From: Candidatus Thermosaccharophagus tengchongensis
GTDB taxonomy: Bacteria > Armatimonadota > Fervidibacteria > Fervidibacterales > Thermosaccharophagaceae
Assembly (NCBI GenBank): GCA_032161105.1
Contig: JAVHTD010000036.1
Length of the DNA: 16,509 nt
Direction: 5' to 3' (one strand)
The notes beneath the pieces are model-generated. The model was not told the origin of the DNA, ran no database searches, and saw only the letters and a program-made list of their open reading frames with translations. How positions within the stretch are numbered: position 1 is the stretch's first letter; each line of letters begins with the position of its first letter. Position numbers and translations under genes: made by a program. Shown piece by piece: positions 8,034 through 16,509 of the stretch.

Positions 8034-9065
8034 TCACACAGATGCAATTCTTTTTGCGACTTCGTAAATGTCCATTCCGACTGGGCAGACATCAATGCAC
8101 CTTCCGCATCCAACGCACATGTTCGCTCCGTAGCGCAGCGGGAAGTATGAAAACTTGTGCATGACGCGCTGCCTATAGCGATGGAACTGTGTCGGTCTGG
8201 GATTATGCCCTGAGGCGTGCAGCGTGAACATGGCAAAGCAACATCCATCCCAGTTCCTATATCGGCAGCCTCCATGCGGGTTGTCCTCATCGGTGACATC
8301 AAAGCATGAGCAGCTCGGACAGACATAAGTGCAAGCACCACAGCTCAAGCACCTTCGGCACATCCTCTCCCAAAGCTCGCTGTCAAAGTTGACTATGAGC
8401 CTATCAGCAACCCCGACCAATTCGCCAGCCGGCGGGAGTTTACTTTCAACCTTTGCTTGTTTCTCCCTTGCCCTCTTTATCTGTTCATCAGTTGCCTCGG
8501 CAAACAGCTCCGAGGCAGCTTGGATTAACTCCTCACCCTTCTCGGTGCGCACCATGAACAGGTATGCATCATCAATGTCGCTCATGAGGGCATCAACGCC
8601 CTCACTCCAATACGGCGAATAGCCAGCTGCAGTGCAAAAGCATGACGGAGTTACAACATCGCACGCAAGCGCAACGAGAGCAGTCCGCTCAAGCCTTATG
8701 GCAAAGTGCACATCCTGTGGGTCATCCAAGAAAACTTTGGCAAGCGATGTTATGCCGGCACCGTCGCACGGTCGCATGAAGAGGATGGCGGTCTTTGGGA
8801 CATCGGGCAAAGCATCATCAAGCTCAATTTCCTCATGCTTGAAGCGGAAGCGAAACAGCGGCTCAGTTGGCGGGAATAGAAATGACTTCGGTGAGAGGTT
8901 GCTTTTTGTGTAGTTTGTTGGAAGGGCATACTCAGCTGCGTCTGTGAGCTCATCAAATATGACCAATCCATTGCGCTCCTTTGGCACTATGATGCGCATG
9001 CCGATTGCCCTCAACCTCTCACACCAGCTTTTGAGAGATCCCTTTTGGAGTGTGAGCGTGCGCAT
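8034..9065 (-). CDS. flxB: 4Fe-4S dicluster protein (FlxB/AsrA/HydB-like)
   Basis: SPKSFLFPPTE, MRPCD, C...CFC, CLSCGACTYVCPSCSCF, RNWDGC, RQRVMHKF and CVGCGRCIDVCP: AsrA/HydB-family signature with two CxxCxxCxxxCP motifs. Confidence 0.85.
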   Translation of the reverse strand: MRTLTLQKGSLKSWCERLRAIGMRIIVPKERNGLVIFDELTDAAEYALPTNYTKSNLSPKSFLFPPTEPLFRFRFKHEEIELDDALPDVPKTAILFMRPCDGAGITSLAKVFLDDPQDVHFAIRLERTALVALACDVVTPSCFCTAAGYSPYWSEGVDALMSDIDDAYLFMVRTEKGEELIQAASELFAEATDEQIKRAREKQAKVESKLPPAGELVGVADRLIVNFDSELWERMCRRCLSCGACTYVCPSCSCFDVTDEDNPHGGCRYRNWDGCCFAMFTLHASGHNPRPTQFHRYRQRVMHKFSYFPLRYGANMCVGCGRCIDVCPVGMDIYEVAKRIASV

Positions 9066-9080
9066 ATCCCTCCACCCGCT

Positions 9081-10475
9081 TTAACGGATGAATTCGGCTA
9101 AGTCATCCTCACGGAAGGTGGTCAGCGGCGGGCTCTCTTGCACATCAAAGCCAGCTTCATATCCGAAACGCTGTTTGACGACATTGTATAGCTTCCTGTT
9201 TATCAAGTCCAACCTTATGCCCATTGGGCATGAACGATAGCACTCATCGCACCCAATGCATCTTCCGGCAAGGTGCATTGCTCGCACCAAGTTCCAAGTT
9301 AAGTTGCCCCTGCCGTTTATAGTCGTCGGAATCCACTGCGGTCTGTTCCTATCAGTGATGCACGGTTCACAATAGCACATTGGGCATGCGCCTCTGCAGG
9401 CATAGCATCGTATGCAATTTGCGAATTGGCGCATCCAAAAGTTCCACCGCTCATTTGGCTCAAGCGATTCCACGAACGAGATAAGCTCATCCCTTGGGTC
9501 TGGCATGGTTGATTGGTCAATGCCGGTTGGAGATTCAATCAAGTGGTCGTAAGTGTTTGGGCGCCGAACTGCGCATGAGTAGCACTTGAGTGCGACATCG
9601 CCATTTGTGAGCACGCCACCGCAATCAACGCCGATGATGAAGACCTGTTCCCTTTGGAGCTTGTTCTCCTGTATGAGCGCATTGATGGCTCTCGCATCGC
9701 ATCCCTTTGCGACGATCCCAATTCGTCCAAACTTTGTGACGAGCGCGTTAGTCAGGTAGACACTCAAGTTGTGAACGCAATGTTCGTTCATGATGAGCGA
9801 GTCTGCCTCATCCGGCGATGTTACGAATGTTGGGATGATGTTTCCGAGTCTCCCTTTTGAGTAGCCTATGATGACGCCAACATTGCCTCTGCTTAAAAGG
9901 TCCCTTGCAAGCGAGCGAAGCTCATCTGTCATGCGCTCGTATGATGTGCTTTGTATTGGCTTTGGCTTTTGCAGCCCGCTCACTTTTGGTAGCTCAATTT
10001 GCTTTGCGCCATTTGGGTGAGCCTCCCCCCACTTAACCGGCATTGGTCCGACGGATGAGACCTCGGATGTGAGTTGCGTGATAAGCTGCGCCCACTTCGC
10101 TCCCTCAGATGCCGACACCCACGCGAATTGCAACCTCTCCATTTGCAGCCCGATGAACTGCATTAGCTGGTGGAAAACTGTGAAGCGCCTGCGCGCAAGG
10201 TAGTTGCCGCGAAGGTAATGACAATCTCCCGGATGGCATCCGGACACAAGCACAGCATCGGCGCCGTGTTCAAATGCCTTGATTATGAGCACGGGGTCAA
10301 TCCTGCCCGTGCAAGGCAGCCTTATAGCCACCACAGATGGTGGGTATTGAAGCCTCGTGGTGCCAGCCATGTCAGCGCCTGCGTATGTGCACCAATTACA
10401 CACGAGCGCTACTATCTTCGGTTGGTGTGATGTGCCCCCTTTTTCATCCATCTCTGTGGACACCATCCCAAGCAC
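9081..10475 (-). CDS. flxCD: MvhD/FlpD [2Fe-2S] domain fused to an FdhB/FrhB-like 4Fe-4S dicluster domain (FlxD-FlxC fusion)
   Basis: N-terminal MvhD signature VCNWCTYAGADMAG...RLPCTGRID...GCHPGDCHY..GN...WVSASEG; linker; then VIIGY, CVHNLSVY, KGCD, CIRCYACRGACPMCYC and HLAGRCIGCDECYRSCP. The true start may be ATG10451 (MDEKGG). Confidence 0.85.
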   Translation of the reverse strand: MLGMVSTEMDEKGGTSHQPKIVALVCNWCTYAGADMAGTTRLQYPPSVVAIRLPCTGRIDPVLIIKAFEHGADAVLVSGCHPGDCHYLRGNYLARRRFTVFHQLMQFIGLQMERLQFAWVSASEGAKWAQLITQLTSEVSSVGPMPVKWGEAHPNGAKQIELPKVSGLQKPKPIQSTSYERMTDELRSLARDLLSRGNVGVIIGYSKGRLGNIIPTFVTSPDEADSLIMNEHCVHNLSVYLTNALVTKFGRIGIVAKGCDARAINALIQENKLQREQVFIIGVDCGGVLTNGDVALKCYSCAVRRPNTYDHLIESPTGIDQSTMPDPRDELISFVESLEPNERWNFWMRQFANCIRCYACRGACPMCYCEPCITDRNRPQWIPTTINGRGNLTWNLVRAMHLAGRCIGCDECYRSCPMGIRLDLINRKLYNVVKQRFGYEAGFDVQESPPLTTFREDDLAEFIR

Positions 10476-10573
10476 AAAGGGCGAATGGATTGCTCATAAT
10501 ACGAGTGTCACCCTGCGCAGCGAATGAAGCGCGATCCGTAAAGCATGGATGCAACACAGTTGCCTGAGTTAAC

Positions 10574-10602
10574 TTGCCAAAGGTGCCGGTTAGCGATAAA
10601 CT
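10574..10602 (+). promoter_or_regulatory. Sigma70-type promoter for the nusA-infB operon
   Basis: TTGCCA (10574-10579), 17-nt spacer, TAAACT (10597-10602). Confidence 0.65.
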
Positions 10603-10658
10603 AATTCTGTTGGGAAATGCCGTTTACAGTGTCAAGTTGGAAATGCAGTTTGACCGGG

Positions 10659-10691
10659 AAGGTGGGTGGTATTCCATCCACTTTTTCTTTT
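10659..10691 (+). terminator. Intrinsic terminator/attenuator hairpin in the nusA 5' leader (rimP-nusA leader-like)
   Basis: AAGGTGGGTGG-TATT-CCATCCACTTT forms an 11-bp stem with 2 G-U pairs and runs into TTTTTCTTTT. It lies between the predicted promoter and the nusA SD. Confidence 0.7.
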
Positions 10692-10741
10692 GAGCATCGT
10701 GATGTGCCTTTCTGTGCCATCCAGTGCATGAGGTGATCACG

Positions 10742-12112
10742 GTGAGAAGTGAACAGCTGTTTGAAATACTGACTCAGGTGGAGAGGGAAAGGGAGCTTGA
10801 AAGGGAGGTAGTCTTGGATGCGTTGTGCAGGGCGCTCAAGGTGGCGTATCAAAGGCAATTTGTTAGGGAGAGGCGGCGCGGTCAAAAGCGCAAGGTAATA
10901 CCGAGGCTTATAGTTAGGCTTGATCCGGACAAGCGCGAGTTCAGTGTGTCCGTTGAGAAAAGGGTTGTTGAAGAGGTTAGGAATGCCGGGCTGGAAATCT
11001 CTTTGGAGGATGCCCGGAAGATAAAGCCGGATGCGAAAATTGATGACCTCATTGAAGTTAATGTGCCGCTTGAGCGGTTCACTCGCAGCGCTATGCAAGT
11101 TGTCCGTGAGGAGTTCCTGCAGCAGATACAGGACATATGCTTCAAGCGCATTTGTGAGAAGTTTAGCGGGCTCAAGGGCGAGATGATCAGGGCTGAGGTG
11201 CGCCGTGTTGACAGGCGTGGCAATGTATACCTTTACGCTGATGGTGCCGAGTTGTTCCTGCCAGTCAGGGAGCAAATCAAGACCGACAGTTATCGTGTTG
11301 GTGAACGCCTCAGAGTTTACATAAAAGAGGTGCGTTCTCCAAACGAGCGCCAAAGGCGTGGTTCAAGGAGGGGCGAGGTCTCCACTGAGCCCATGATAAT
11401 CGTCTCAAGGGCTGATAAGGAGCTTGTGCGCAAGTTATTTGAGCACGAAATACCAGATGTGAAGGAGGGTGTCGTTAAGGTTAAAGCTGTGGCGAGGGAT
11501 CCCGGGGTGCGCTCAAAGGTGGCAGTTTCGTCGGACAGACCAAATGTTGACCCAGTTGGAGCATGCATAGGTCAGCAGGGCAGAAGGATTAACAGCATCG
11601 TCAATGAGCTTCACGGTGAGCAAATTGATGTCGTTGGATGGAGCGATGACCCGGCAGAGTTTCTGGTGAATGCGTTGAGCCCGGCAAAGATTGACTATGT
11701 CATTCTGAATGAAGATGGACGCATAGCCACAGTCGTTGTTCAACCGGATCAGCTCCCGACAGCTATAGGCAAGGAGGGCAAGAATGTAACTCTTGCTGCC
11801 AGGCTGACTGGATGGCGAATTGACATAAGAAGCTACGGTCATCTGGAGCAACTCCTCGCAAAGCCGTCGGAGGAGGTCCATGAGGGTGAAGGTGCTGAAG
11901 GTGATAGTGATGTGAAGCCAGAAGTGAGTGGCGAACTTGCAGCTGGTGAGCATGTTGATATAGCGCTCAAGGTTGATAGTTCAACTGCGCAAGCGGGAGC
12001 TGTAACTATAGCTGAGGGTGCTGTTGAGCCATCGGTGAGTGATGAGCAACCATTGGGAACATTTCACAGCGATGAATGTGCACAGCATATCTCCGAACAA
12101 CAGGGCGGATGA
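10742..12112 (+). CDS. nusA: Transcription termination/antitermination factor NusA
   Basis: EISLEDARKIKP, S1 domain, VSRADKELVRKLFEHEIP, ARDPGVRSKVAV, VDPVGACIG..G.RI, NALSPAKI, AIGKEGKNVTLAARLTGWRIDI. GTG10742 follows a GAGGTGA SD; the ORF track start is 10724. Confidence 0.97.
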   Translation: MRSEQLFEILTQVERERELEREVVLDALCRALKVAYQRQFVRERRRGQKRKVIPRLIVRLDPDKREFSVSVEKRVVEEVRNAGLEISLEDARKIKPDAKIDDLIEVNVPLERFTRSAMQVVREEFLQQIQDICFKRICEKFSGLKGEMIRAEVRRVDRRGNVYLYADGAELFLPVREQIKTDSYRVGERLRVYIKEVRSPNERQRRGSRRGEVSTEPMIIVSRADKELVRKLFEHEIPDVKEGVVKVKAVARDPGVRSKVAVSSDRPNVDPVGACIGQQGRRINSIVNELHGEQIDVVGWSDDPAEFLVNALSPAKIDYVILNEDGRIATVVVQPDQLPTAIGKEGKNVTLAARLTGWRIDIRSYGHLEQLLAKPSEEVHEGEGAEGDSDVKPEVSGELAAGEHVDIALKVDSSTAQAGAVTIAEGAVEPSVSDEQPLGTFHSDECAQHISEQQGG

Positions 12113-12137
12113 GGGATTGTCTTTCAAGGCGAAGCGC

Positions 12138-12440
12138 ATGGGCGATGGCGGTCATCAGCCACAGCGGACTTGCGTCGGCTGTAAGCGTGTGAGGGCGAAG
12201 AGCGAACTTTTGAGGGTGGCTAAGTTGGGCGATGGAGAGGTGGTTGTTGATGTCGCACAGAAGTTGGGTGGGAGGGGAGCATATATATGTCCGATTTGGG
12301 AGTGCGTCGTTGCAGCGCAAAGGAGAAAGGGTTTGGAGGCATCCTTAAAGGAACATCTGTCGGTGAGAATTTACGAGGAGGTGTTAAGGAGCGCATTTTT
12401 AGCCACGGGCGATTGGTGGAAGCCAGCGCAGAAGCGATAG
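12138..12440 (+). CDS. ylxR: YlxR/RnpM (DUF448) RNA-binding protein
   Basis: HQPQRTCVGC...KSELLRV...GRGAYIC...C motif, in the canonical position between nusA and infB. Start is ATG12138 or TTG12117. Confidence 0.9.
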   Translation: MGDGGHQPQRTCVGCKRVRAKSELLRVAKLGDGEVVVDVAQKLGGRGAYICPIWECVVAAQRRKGLEASLKEHLSVRIYEEVLRSAFLATGDWWKPAQKR

Positions 12441-12475
12441 CGCTTTTCCGTTTCAGACATTGGAGGTGAAGATTC

Positions 12476-14797
12476 GTGAGCAAAATCAGGATTCACCAGC
12501 TCGCAAAGGAGTTGGGCATGAGCACAAAAGAGCTGATTGAGTTACTTCACCAGCTTGGCGAGGATGTGAAAGGCGGTCTAAGCACGATAGATGAATCCAC
12601 AGCTGAGGCAGTTCGCCATATCGCGCTTGAAGGGAAGGGTATGGAGGCAGTGAAGGCTGCCCCTAAGAGGAGGGAAAAGGTGCTCACGCTTTCTCGTGGT
12701 GAGAGGCTCCCCGCAGGCGAATTAGCAAGCCGATTGGGCATACGGTTTAACAGGCTTGTTGATTGGGCGCTGAAGAAGAAGGGCATCCTAATCACGCCGC
12801 CAATGGAGCTTGAATATGCGTTCATAGTTGAGGCAGCTGAGGCTTTTGGGGTTAAGGTGGAAGCACCTGCAGGGGTTGAGGAGGTGACCGAAGCCGAAGA
12901 AGTTGGAGTGGTTGAAGCTGCGGGTGTTGAAAAAGCTGAAGCAGCTGAAGAGGCTGAAGGTGTTGAAGCAGTTGAAGCAGTCAAAGCAGCTGAAGCAGTT
13001 GAAACAGCCGAGGTGAGTGTGCCGGTTGAGGTTGGTGAGGTGGGCGAAGAAGTCAGAGAGGGTGGTGCTGAAGCTGTGGGCGTTAAGGAGGAAGTAAGGG
13101 AGCAAGTTGCCGAAGTTACAGCTCTAACCGATGTGAGGAAGATCGTGAGCGAGGTCGCAAAGGGTGCGGAGCGCATAAGGAGGGCAAGGGAAGCCGGTGT
13201 CGTCTTGGAAAGGATGAGGGAGCGTCCACCAGTTGTAACGGTAATGGGGCATGTGGATCACGGTAAGACAACACTGCTTGATTATGTGCGCAAGACGAAT
13301 GTAGCTATGCAGGAGGTCGGGCAGATAACGCAGCGAATCGGTGCTTCGGTAGTTGAGCATGGCGGTAAGAAGATTGTGTTCATAGACACTCCCGGACATG
13401 AGGCATTTACAGCGCTTAGAGCTCGCGGGGCACAGGTGACCGACATTGCAGTGCTCGTAGTCGCTGCCGATGATGGTGTCATGCCGCAGACAATTGAGGC
13501 GATAAACCACGCAAGGGCTGCCAATGTGCCAATCATAGTCGCCATCAATAAGATAGACAAGCCAAATGCCAACCCAGATAGGGTGAGAACGCAGCTCGCC
13601 GAGATTGGGCTTGTCCCAGTTGAGTGGGGTGGCAATACGGAGTTCGTTGAAATATCGGCGCTGCGTGGTGACGGTGTTGAGGACTTGCTTGAGCTCATAT
13701 TGTTGCAAGCCGAGATAATGGAATTGAAGGCAGATCCAGAGGCACCAACATGGGGCGTCATCCTTGAATCGGAAATGGATCCAAAGCGCGGTCCGGCAGC
13801 GACTGTCATCGTGCAGCAGGGGACTTTGAGGGTTGGCGACTTTGTCGTCGCCGGATATACATGCGGGCGCGTAAGGGCGATGTTTGACGATAAGGGAAGA
13901 GAAGTGAAGTCTGCGACGCCAAGCATTCCCGTGAGGATTTATGGGCTTGAGGAGGTGCCGGAGGCTGGCGACATACTTGAGGTTGTCGCGGATGCCAAGG
14001 AGGGCAGGGAGATAGTTGAGCAAAGGAGGGCTGAAGCACAGGAGCTATCTCGCCGTCCAGCGAAGCCGCTGACCTTGGAGGAGTTCTTCCAGCGCGTGCA
14101 GCAGAGCGAGAGGAAGGAACTCAAGCTAATAGTCAAAGCGGATGCGCAGGGTTCGCTTGACGCCATCGTGTTTGCGCTTCAGCGCCTTGAGCATCCGGAA
14201 ATCGGGATATCAATCATTCATCGTGGTGTTGGGAATGTATCCGAATCGGATGTGATGCTTGCTGTTGCCTCTGAGGCGATAATAATCGGTTTCAATGTGC
14301 GAGTAGATCCGGGGGCAAGAAGAGCATTGCAGCGTGACCGTGTTGATGTGCGCATTTACCAAATCATCTATGACCTGATTGACGATGTGAAGCGTGCGAT
14401 ACTCGGCATGCTTGAGCCAGTTAGGTATGAGAGGGTTGTCGGGGTGGCTGAGGTGCGTGCGACATTCAAGTCTGGCAAGTTTGGCGTTGTAGCTGGTTGT
14501 TATGTCAAGCGAGGGAAAATAGTGCTCGGACTGCCATGCAGGGTGATACGCGATGGTGAGGTGGTTTACGAGGGCAAGATCTCTTCCCTCAGGCGCTATC
14601 AGGAGGAGAGGCAGGAGATACCTGAGGGAATGGAATGTGGCATTGGTGTGGAGGGATTCACAGAGTATCAAGTTGGCGACACAATTGAGGTTTACACCAT
14701 CGTCCAAGAGGAGAGGCAAATAAGTGAGGTGCACGAGCGCCCAGTCCACTGGGAGGCAGCTATAATCACCCATGAGGGGGAAAACCACCTAACTTGA
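12476..14797 (+). CDS. infB: Translation initiation factor IF-2
   Basis: IF2_N motif [63 protein letters not shown]. Confidence 0.98.
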   Translation: MSKIRIHQLAKELGMSTKELIELLHQLGEDVKGGLSTIDESTAEAVRHIALEGKGMEAVKAAPKRREKVLTLSRGERLPAGELASRLGIRFNRLVDWALKKKGILITPPMELEYAFIVEAAEAFGVKVEAPAGVEEVTEAEEVGVVEAAGVEKAEAAEEAEGVEAVEAVKAAEAVETAEVSVPVEVGEVGEEVREGGAEAVGVKEEVREQVAEVTALTDVRKIVSEVAKGAERIRRAREAGVVLERMRERPPVVTVMGHVDHGKTTLLDYVRKTNVAMQEVGQITQRIGASVVEHGGKKIVFIDTPGHEAFTALRARGAQVTDIAVLVVAADDGVMPQTIEAINHARAANVPIIVAINKIDKPNANPDRVRTQLAEIGLVPVEWGGNTEFVEISALRGDGVEDLLELILLQAEIMELKADPEAPTWGVILESEMDPKRGPAATVIVQQGTLRVGDFVVAGYTCGRVRAMFDDKGREVKSATPSIPVRIYGLEEVPEAGDILEVVADAKEGREIVEQRRAEAQELSRRPAKPLTLEEFFQRVQQSERKELKLIVKADAQGSLDAIVFALQRLEHPEIGISIIHRGVGNVSESDVMLAVASEAIIIGFNVRVDPGARRALQRDRVDVRIYQIIYDLIDDVKRAILGMLEPVRYERVVGVAEVRATFKSGKFGVVAGCYVKRGKIVLGLPCRVIRDGEVVYEGKISSLRRYQEERQEIPEGMECGIGVEGFTEYQVGDTIEVYTIVQEERQISEVHERPVHWEAAIITHEGENHLT
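12926..13015 (+). repeat. Degenerate 9-nt tandem repeat (consensus G(T/C)TGAAGCA, ~10 units) inside infB
   Basis: gttgaaaaa gctgaagca gctgaagag gctgaaggt gttgaagca gttgaagca gtcaaagca gctgaagca gttgaaaca gccgaggtg, encoding (V/A)E(A/x) triplets. Confidence 0.75.
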
Positions 14798-14809
14798 TGG
14801 TGAGCCGAC

Positions 14810-15091
14810 ATGGTCATTGGCGTGTGCACGATGCAACTTCAAATACCAGAAAGCCTTTCCCTCAAGGATAAGAGGCGCGTCCTACAAAGCCTGATAAAGC
14901 GCATACGAAACCATTTCAATGTCTCCGTAACTGAGGTTGACCATAAGGATAGCAGGGTGTGGGCGAAGTTAGCCATTGCGTGTGTATCAAGTGATGGCGA
15001 ATTCGCCATGAGGACGCTCAATCACATAGTCGCCATGATTGAAAAAGACCCGAAGATTGTGGTTGAGGACTACTCGGTTGAATTGCTTTGA
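14810..15091 (+). CDS. ylxP: DUF503 (YlxP-like) protein
   Basis: MVIGVC...IPESLSLKDKRRVLQSL...FNVSVTEVDH.D....A.LAIACVS signature, located between infB and rbfA. Confidence 0.9.
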   Translation: MVIGVCTMQLQIPESLSLKDKRRVLQSLIKRIRNHFNVSVTEVDHKDSRVWAKLAIACVSSDGEFAMRTLNHIVAMIEKDPKIVVEDYSVELL

Positions 15092-15161
15092 AGGGTTTGA
15101 GCTCCGCTGATTCACAACAGTATGAGATTGCATCATTACAGTTTTGCAGGGGGCTGACGAA

Positions 15162-15512
15162 GTGAGGGCAGGCTACAGCCGAATGGATAGGGTGAATGAA
15201 CTGCTGCGTGAGACAATAAGCGAGATACTGCTCAGGGAGGTGAAGGACCCGAGGATAAAATTCGTGACGATAACCGAGGTGAAGGTTTCGCCGGACTTGC
15301 GCCACTGCCGAGTCTATTACACCGTCTACGGGAGCGAGGAGGACAAAAGGAGGGTGCATGAGGGTTTGGAGAAAGCCGCCGGGTTCATCAGGCAGGAAGT
15401 AAATAAGCGTGTGCGCCTCAGGTTTATCCCCGAGATTGAGTTTGAGTTTGACGAGCGCATAGGGAAGGGAATGGAGGTTATACGCTTGCTTGACCAGTTG
15501 GGAGAAAAGTGA
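15162..15512 (+). CDS. rbfA: 30S ribosome-binding factor RbfA
   Basis: RMDRVNELLRETISEIL..EVKDPRI.FVTITEVKVSPDL...AAGFIR....RVRLRFIPEIEF. GTG15162 follows an AGGGGG SD. Confidence 0.96.
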   Translation: MRAGYSRMDRVNELLRETISEILLREVKDPRIKFVTITEVKVSPDLRHCRVYYTVYGSEEDKRRVHEGLEKAAGFIRQEVNKRVRLRFIPEIEFEFDERIGKGMEVIRLLDQLGEK

Positions 15513-15557
15513 GCGGTATAGGTTGTGGTCAAATTAACATTGTGGAGGCGATGAGGT

Positions 15558-16319
15558 ATGAAGCGAAAAGTGGCGTTGGAGCTTTATTCTGTGCGTGAAG
15601 ATTGCGCAAAGGACTTGGAGGGAACTTTGAAAGCGGTTGTGGAGATGGGTTACATGGGCGTTGAGTTTGCTGGTTATCATGGGCGCAGTGCCTCTGAGCT
15701 GCGCAAGATGCTTGACGATCTCGGACTGCAAGTTGCTGGCACTCACATCCAGCTTGAAACACTGCTCGGGGACGAGCTGAAGAGGACGGTTGAGTTCAAC
15801 CATGAAATCGGGAACAAGTATCTCATAGTGCCAGCTGTAAGTGAGGAGTGGCGGCGCACAAAAGATGATTGGCGAAGGCTTGCTGAGCTGTTTAACGAGA
15901 TCTCTGAGAGAGTCAAGCCAGAAGGAATGTTTGTCGGGTATCACAATCATATGGTTGAGTTTCAACCGATTGATGGTGAGCTGCCATGGGACATCTTCTT
16001 TGGCGCCGCAAATGAGGATGTAGTCATGCAGCTTGATACGGGCAATGCTATGCGTGGTGGCGCAAGCTTTGAAGACTTGCTTAGAGTGCTCAAACAGTAT
16101 CCGGGGAGAGCGAAGTCAATCCATGTGAAGGAATTCTCAGCAACGAATCCGGATGCGATCGTTGGCGAGGGTGATATTGATTGGGGTAAGGTGTTTGAGC
16201 TGTGTGATACGGTTGGTGGGACTGAATGGTTCATTGTTGAACAGGAGAGCTATGCCTACACCCCAATTGAGTGCGTGCGCCGCTGCCTTGAGAATTTGAA
16301 GAGGATGGGGTTAGTGTGA
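15558..16319 (+). CDS. Sugar phosphate isomerase/epimerase (xylose isomerase-like TIM barrel, AP_endonuc_2/IolE-like)
   Basis: LELYSVRE, MGYMGVEFAG, GYHNH, QLDTGN, SIHVKE, VGEGDIDW, WFIVEQE. GGAGG SD. Confidence 0.9.
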   Translation: MKRKVALELYSVREDCAKDLEGTLKAVVEMGYMGVEFAGYHGRSASELRKMLDDLGLQVAGTHIQLETLLGDELKRTVEFNHEIGNKYLIVPAVSEEWRRTKDDWRRLAELFNEISERVKPEGMFVGYHNHMVEFQPIDGELPWDIFFGAANEDVVMQLDTGNAMRGGASFEDLLRVLKQYPGRAKSIHVKEFSATNPDAIVGEGDIDWGKVFELCDTVGGTEWFIVEQESYAYTPIECVRRCLENLKRMGLV

Positions 16320-16401
16320 GCACGCACTTGCGCTCTGGAAGCATGCAGTTAGCCGTGATAGTGGGAGCGAAGCAGCGCCTTGCAGTTTGGTGGCTGCACA
16401 A

Positions 16402-16509
16402 TCACGGTAAAATCTCCGCCCACCGTGGCATCCTCATGTGGATCAGCAATTGACCGTCACGCAGCGTTGGTGTGATGGGTTGCCCGTTCACTTCAAATCG
16501 CTTTCGCTG
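16402..16509 (-). CDS. Probable 3' end of a minus-strand gene extending beyond the window (product unknown)
   Basis: Open frame from the window end reads QRKRFEVNGQPITPTLRDGQLLIHMRMPRWAEILP*. It resembles a beta-rich C-terminus and converges on the isomerase gene. Confidence 0.4.
   Translation of the reverse strand, partial: QRKRFEVNGQPITPTLRDGQLLIHMRMPRWAEILP

Noticed and set aside
8012..8341. 109-aa minus-strand ORF overlapping the flxB 3' end
   Set aside because: Alternative frame of a well-supported gene with no motif; no evidence of a frameshift product.
7086..9065. Calling these genes a sulfite reductase (asrAB) or sulfhydrogenase (hydBG)
   Set aside because: No asrC or NiFe subunits are adjacent, and the upstream MvhD-ferredoxin fusion fits the Flx arrangement better.
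9081..10475. Possible selenocysteine in the MvhD domain
   Set aside because: All motif positions are Cys codons; there is no in-frame TGA.
10601..11353. 250-aa antisense ORF over nusA and its leader
   Set aside because: Shadow ORF of a conserved gene with biased codon use; no domain features.
12547..14788. Long antisense ORFs within infB (209, 299, 214, 192 aa)
   Set aside because: Mirror frames of IF2 and its low-complexity linker; no independent coding evidence.

Overview
Bacterial chromosomal window, almost fully coding. GGTGA/GAGGTGA Shine-Dalgarno sites, frequent AGG/ATA codons and E/K/R-rich proteins suggest a thermophile, possibly Armatimonadota/Fervidibacter-like; this is inference only. 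Left to right: the 3' end of a cas6 gene followed by an hflK-like SPFH gene with no hflC (+); a HEAT-repeat membrane protein and a multi-domain FHA/zinc-ribbon/GATase-like membrane protein (-); a Tat-signal Gfo/Idh/MocA oxidoreductase (+); a three-gene FlxCD-FlxB-FlxA-like Fe-S/flavin electron-transfer module with no adjacent hdrABC or hydrogenase (-); a nusA-ylxR(rnpM)-infB-DUF503-rbfA operon lacking rimP and ylxQ, preceded by a sigma70-like promoter and a structured terminator-containing leader (+); a TIM-barrel sugar isomerase/epimerase (+); and the 3' end of a minus-strand gene. No CRISPR array, tRNA, rRNA or mobile element was seen. The best leads are the FHA+HEAT membrane module, the stand-alone Flx module, the cas6-hflK juxtaposition and the nusA leader.
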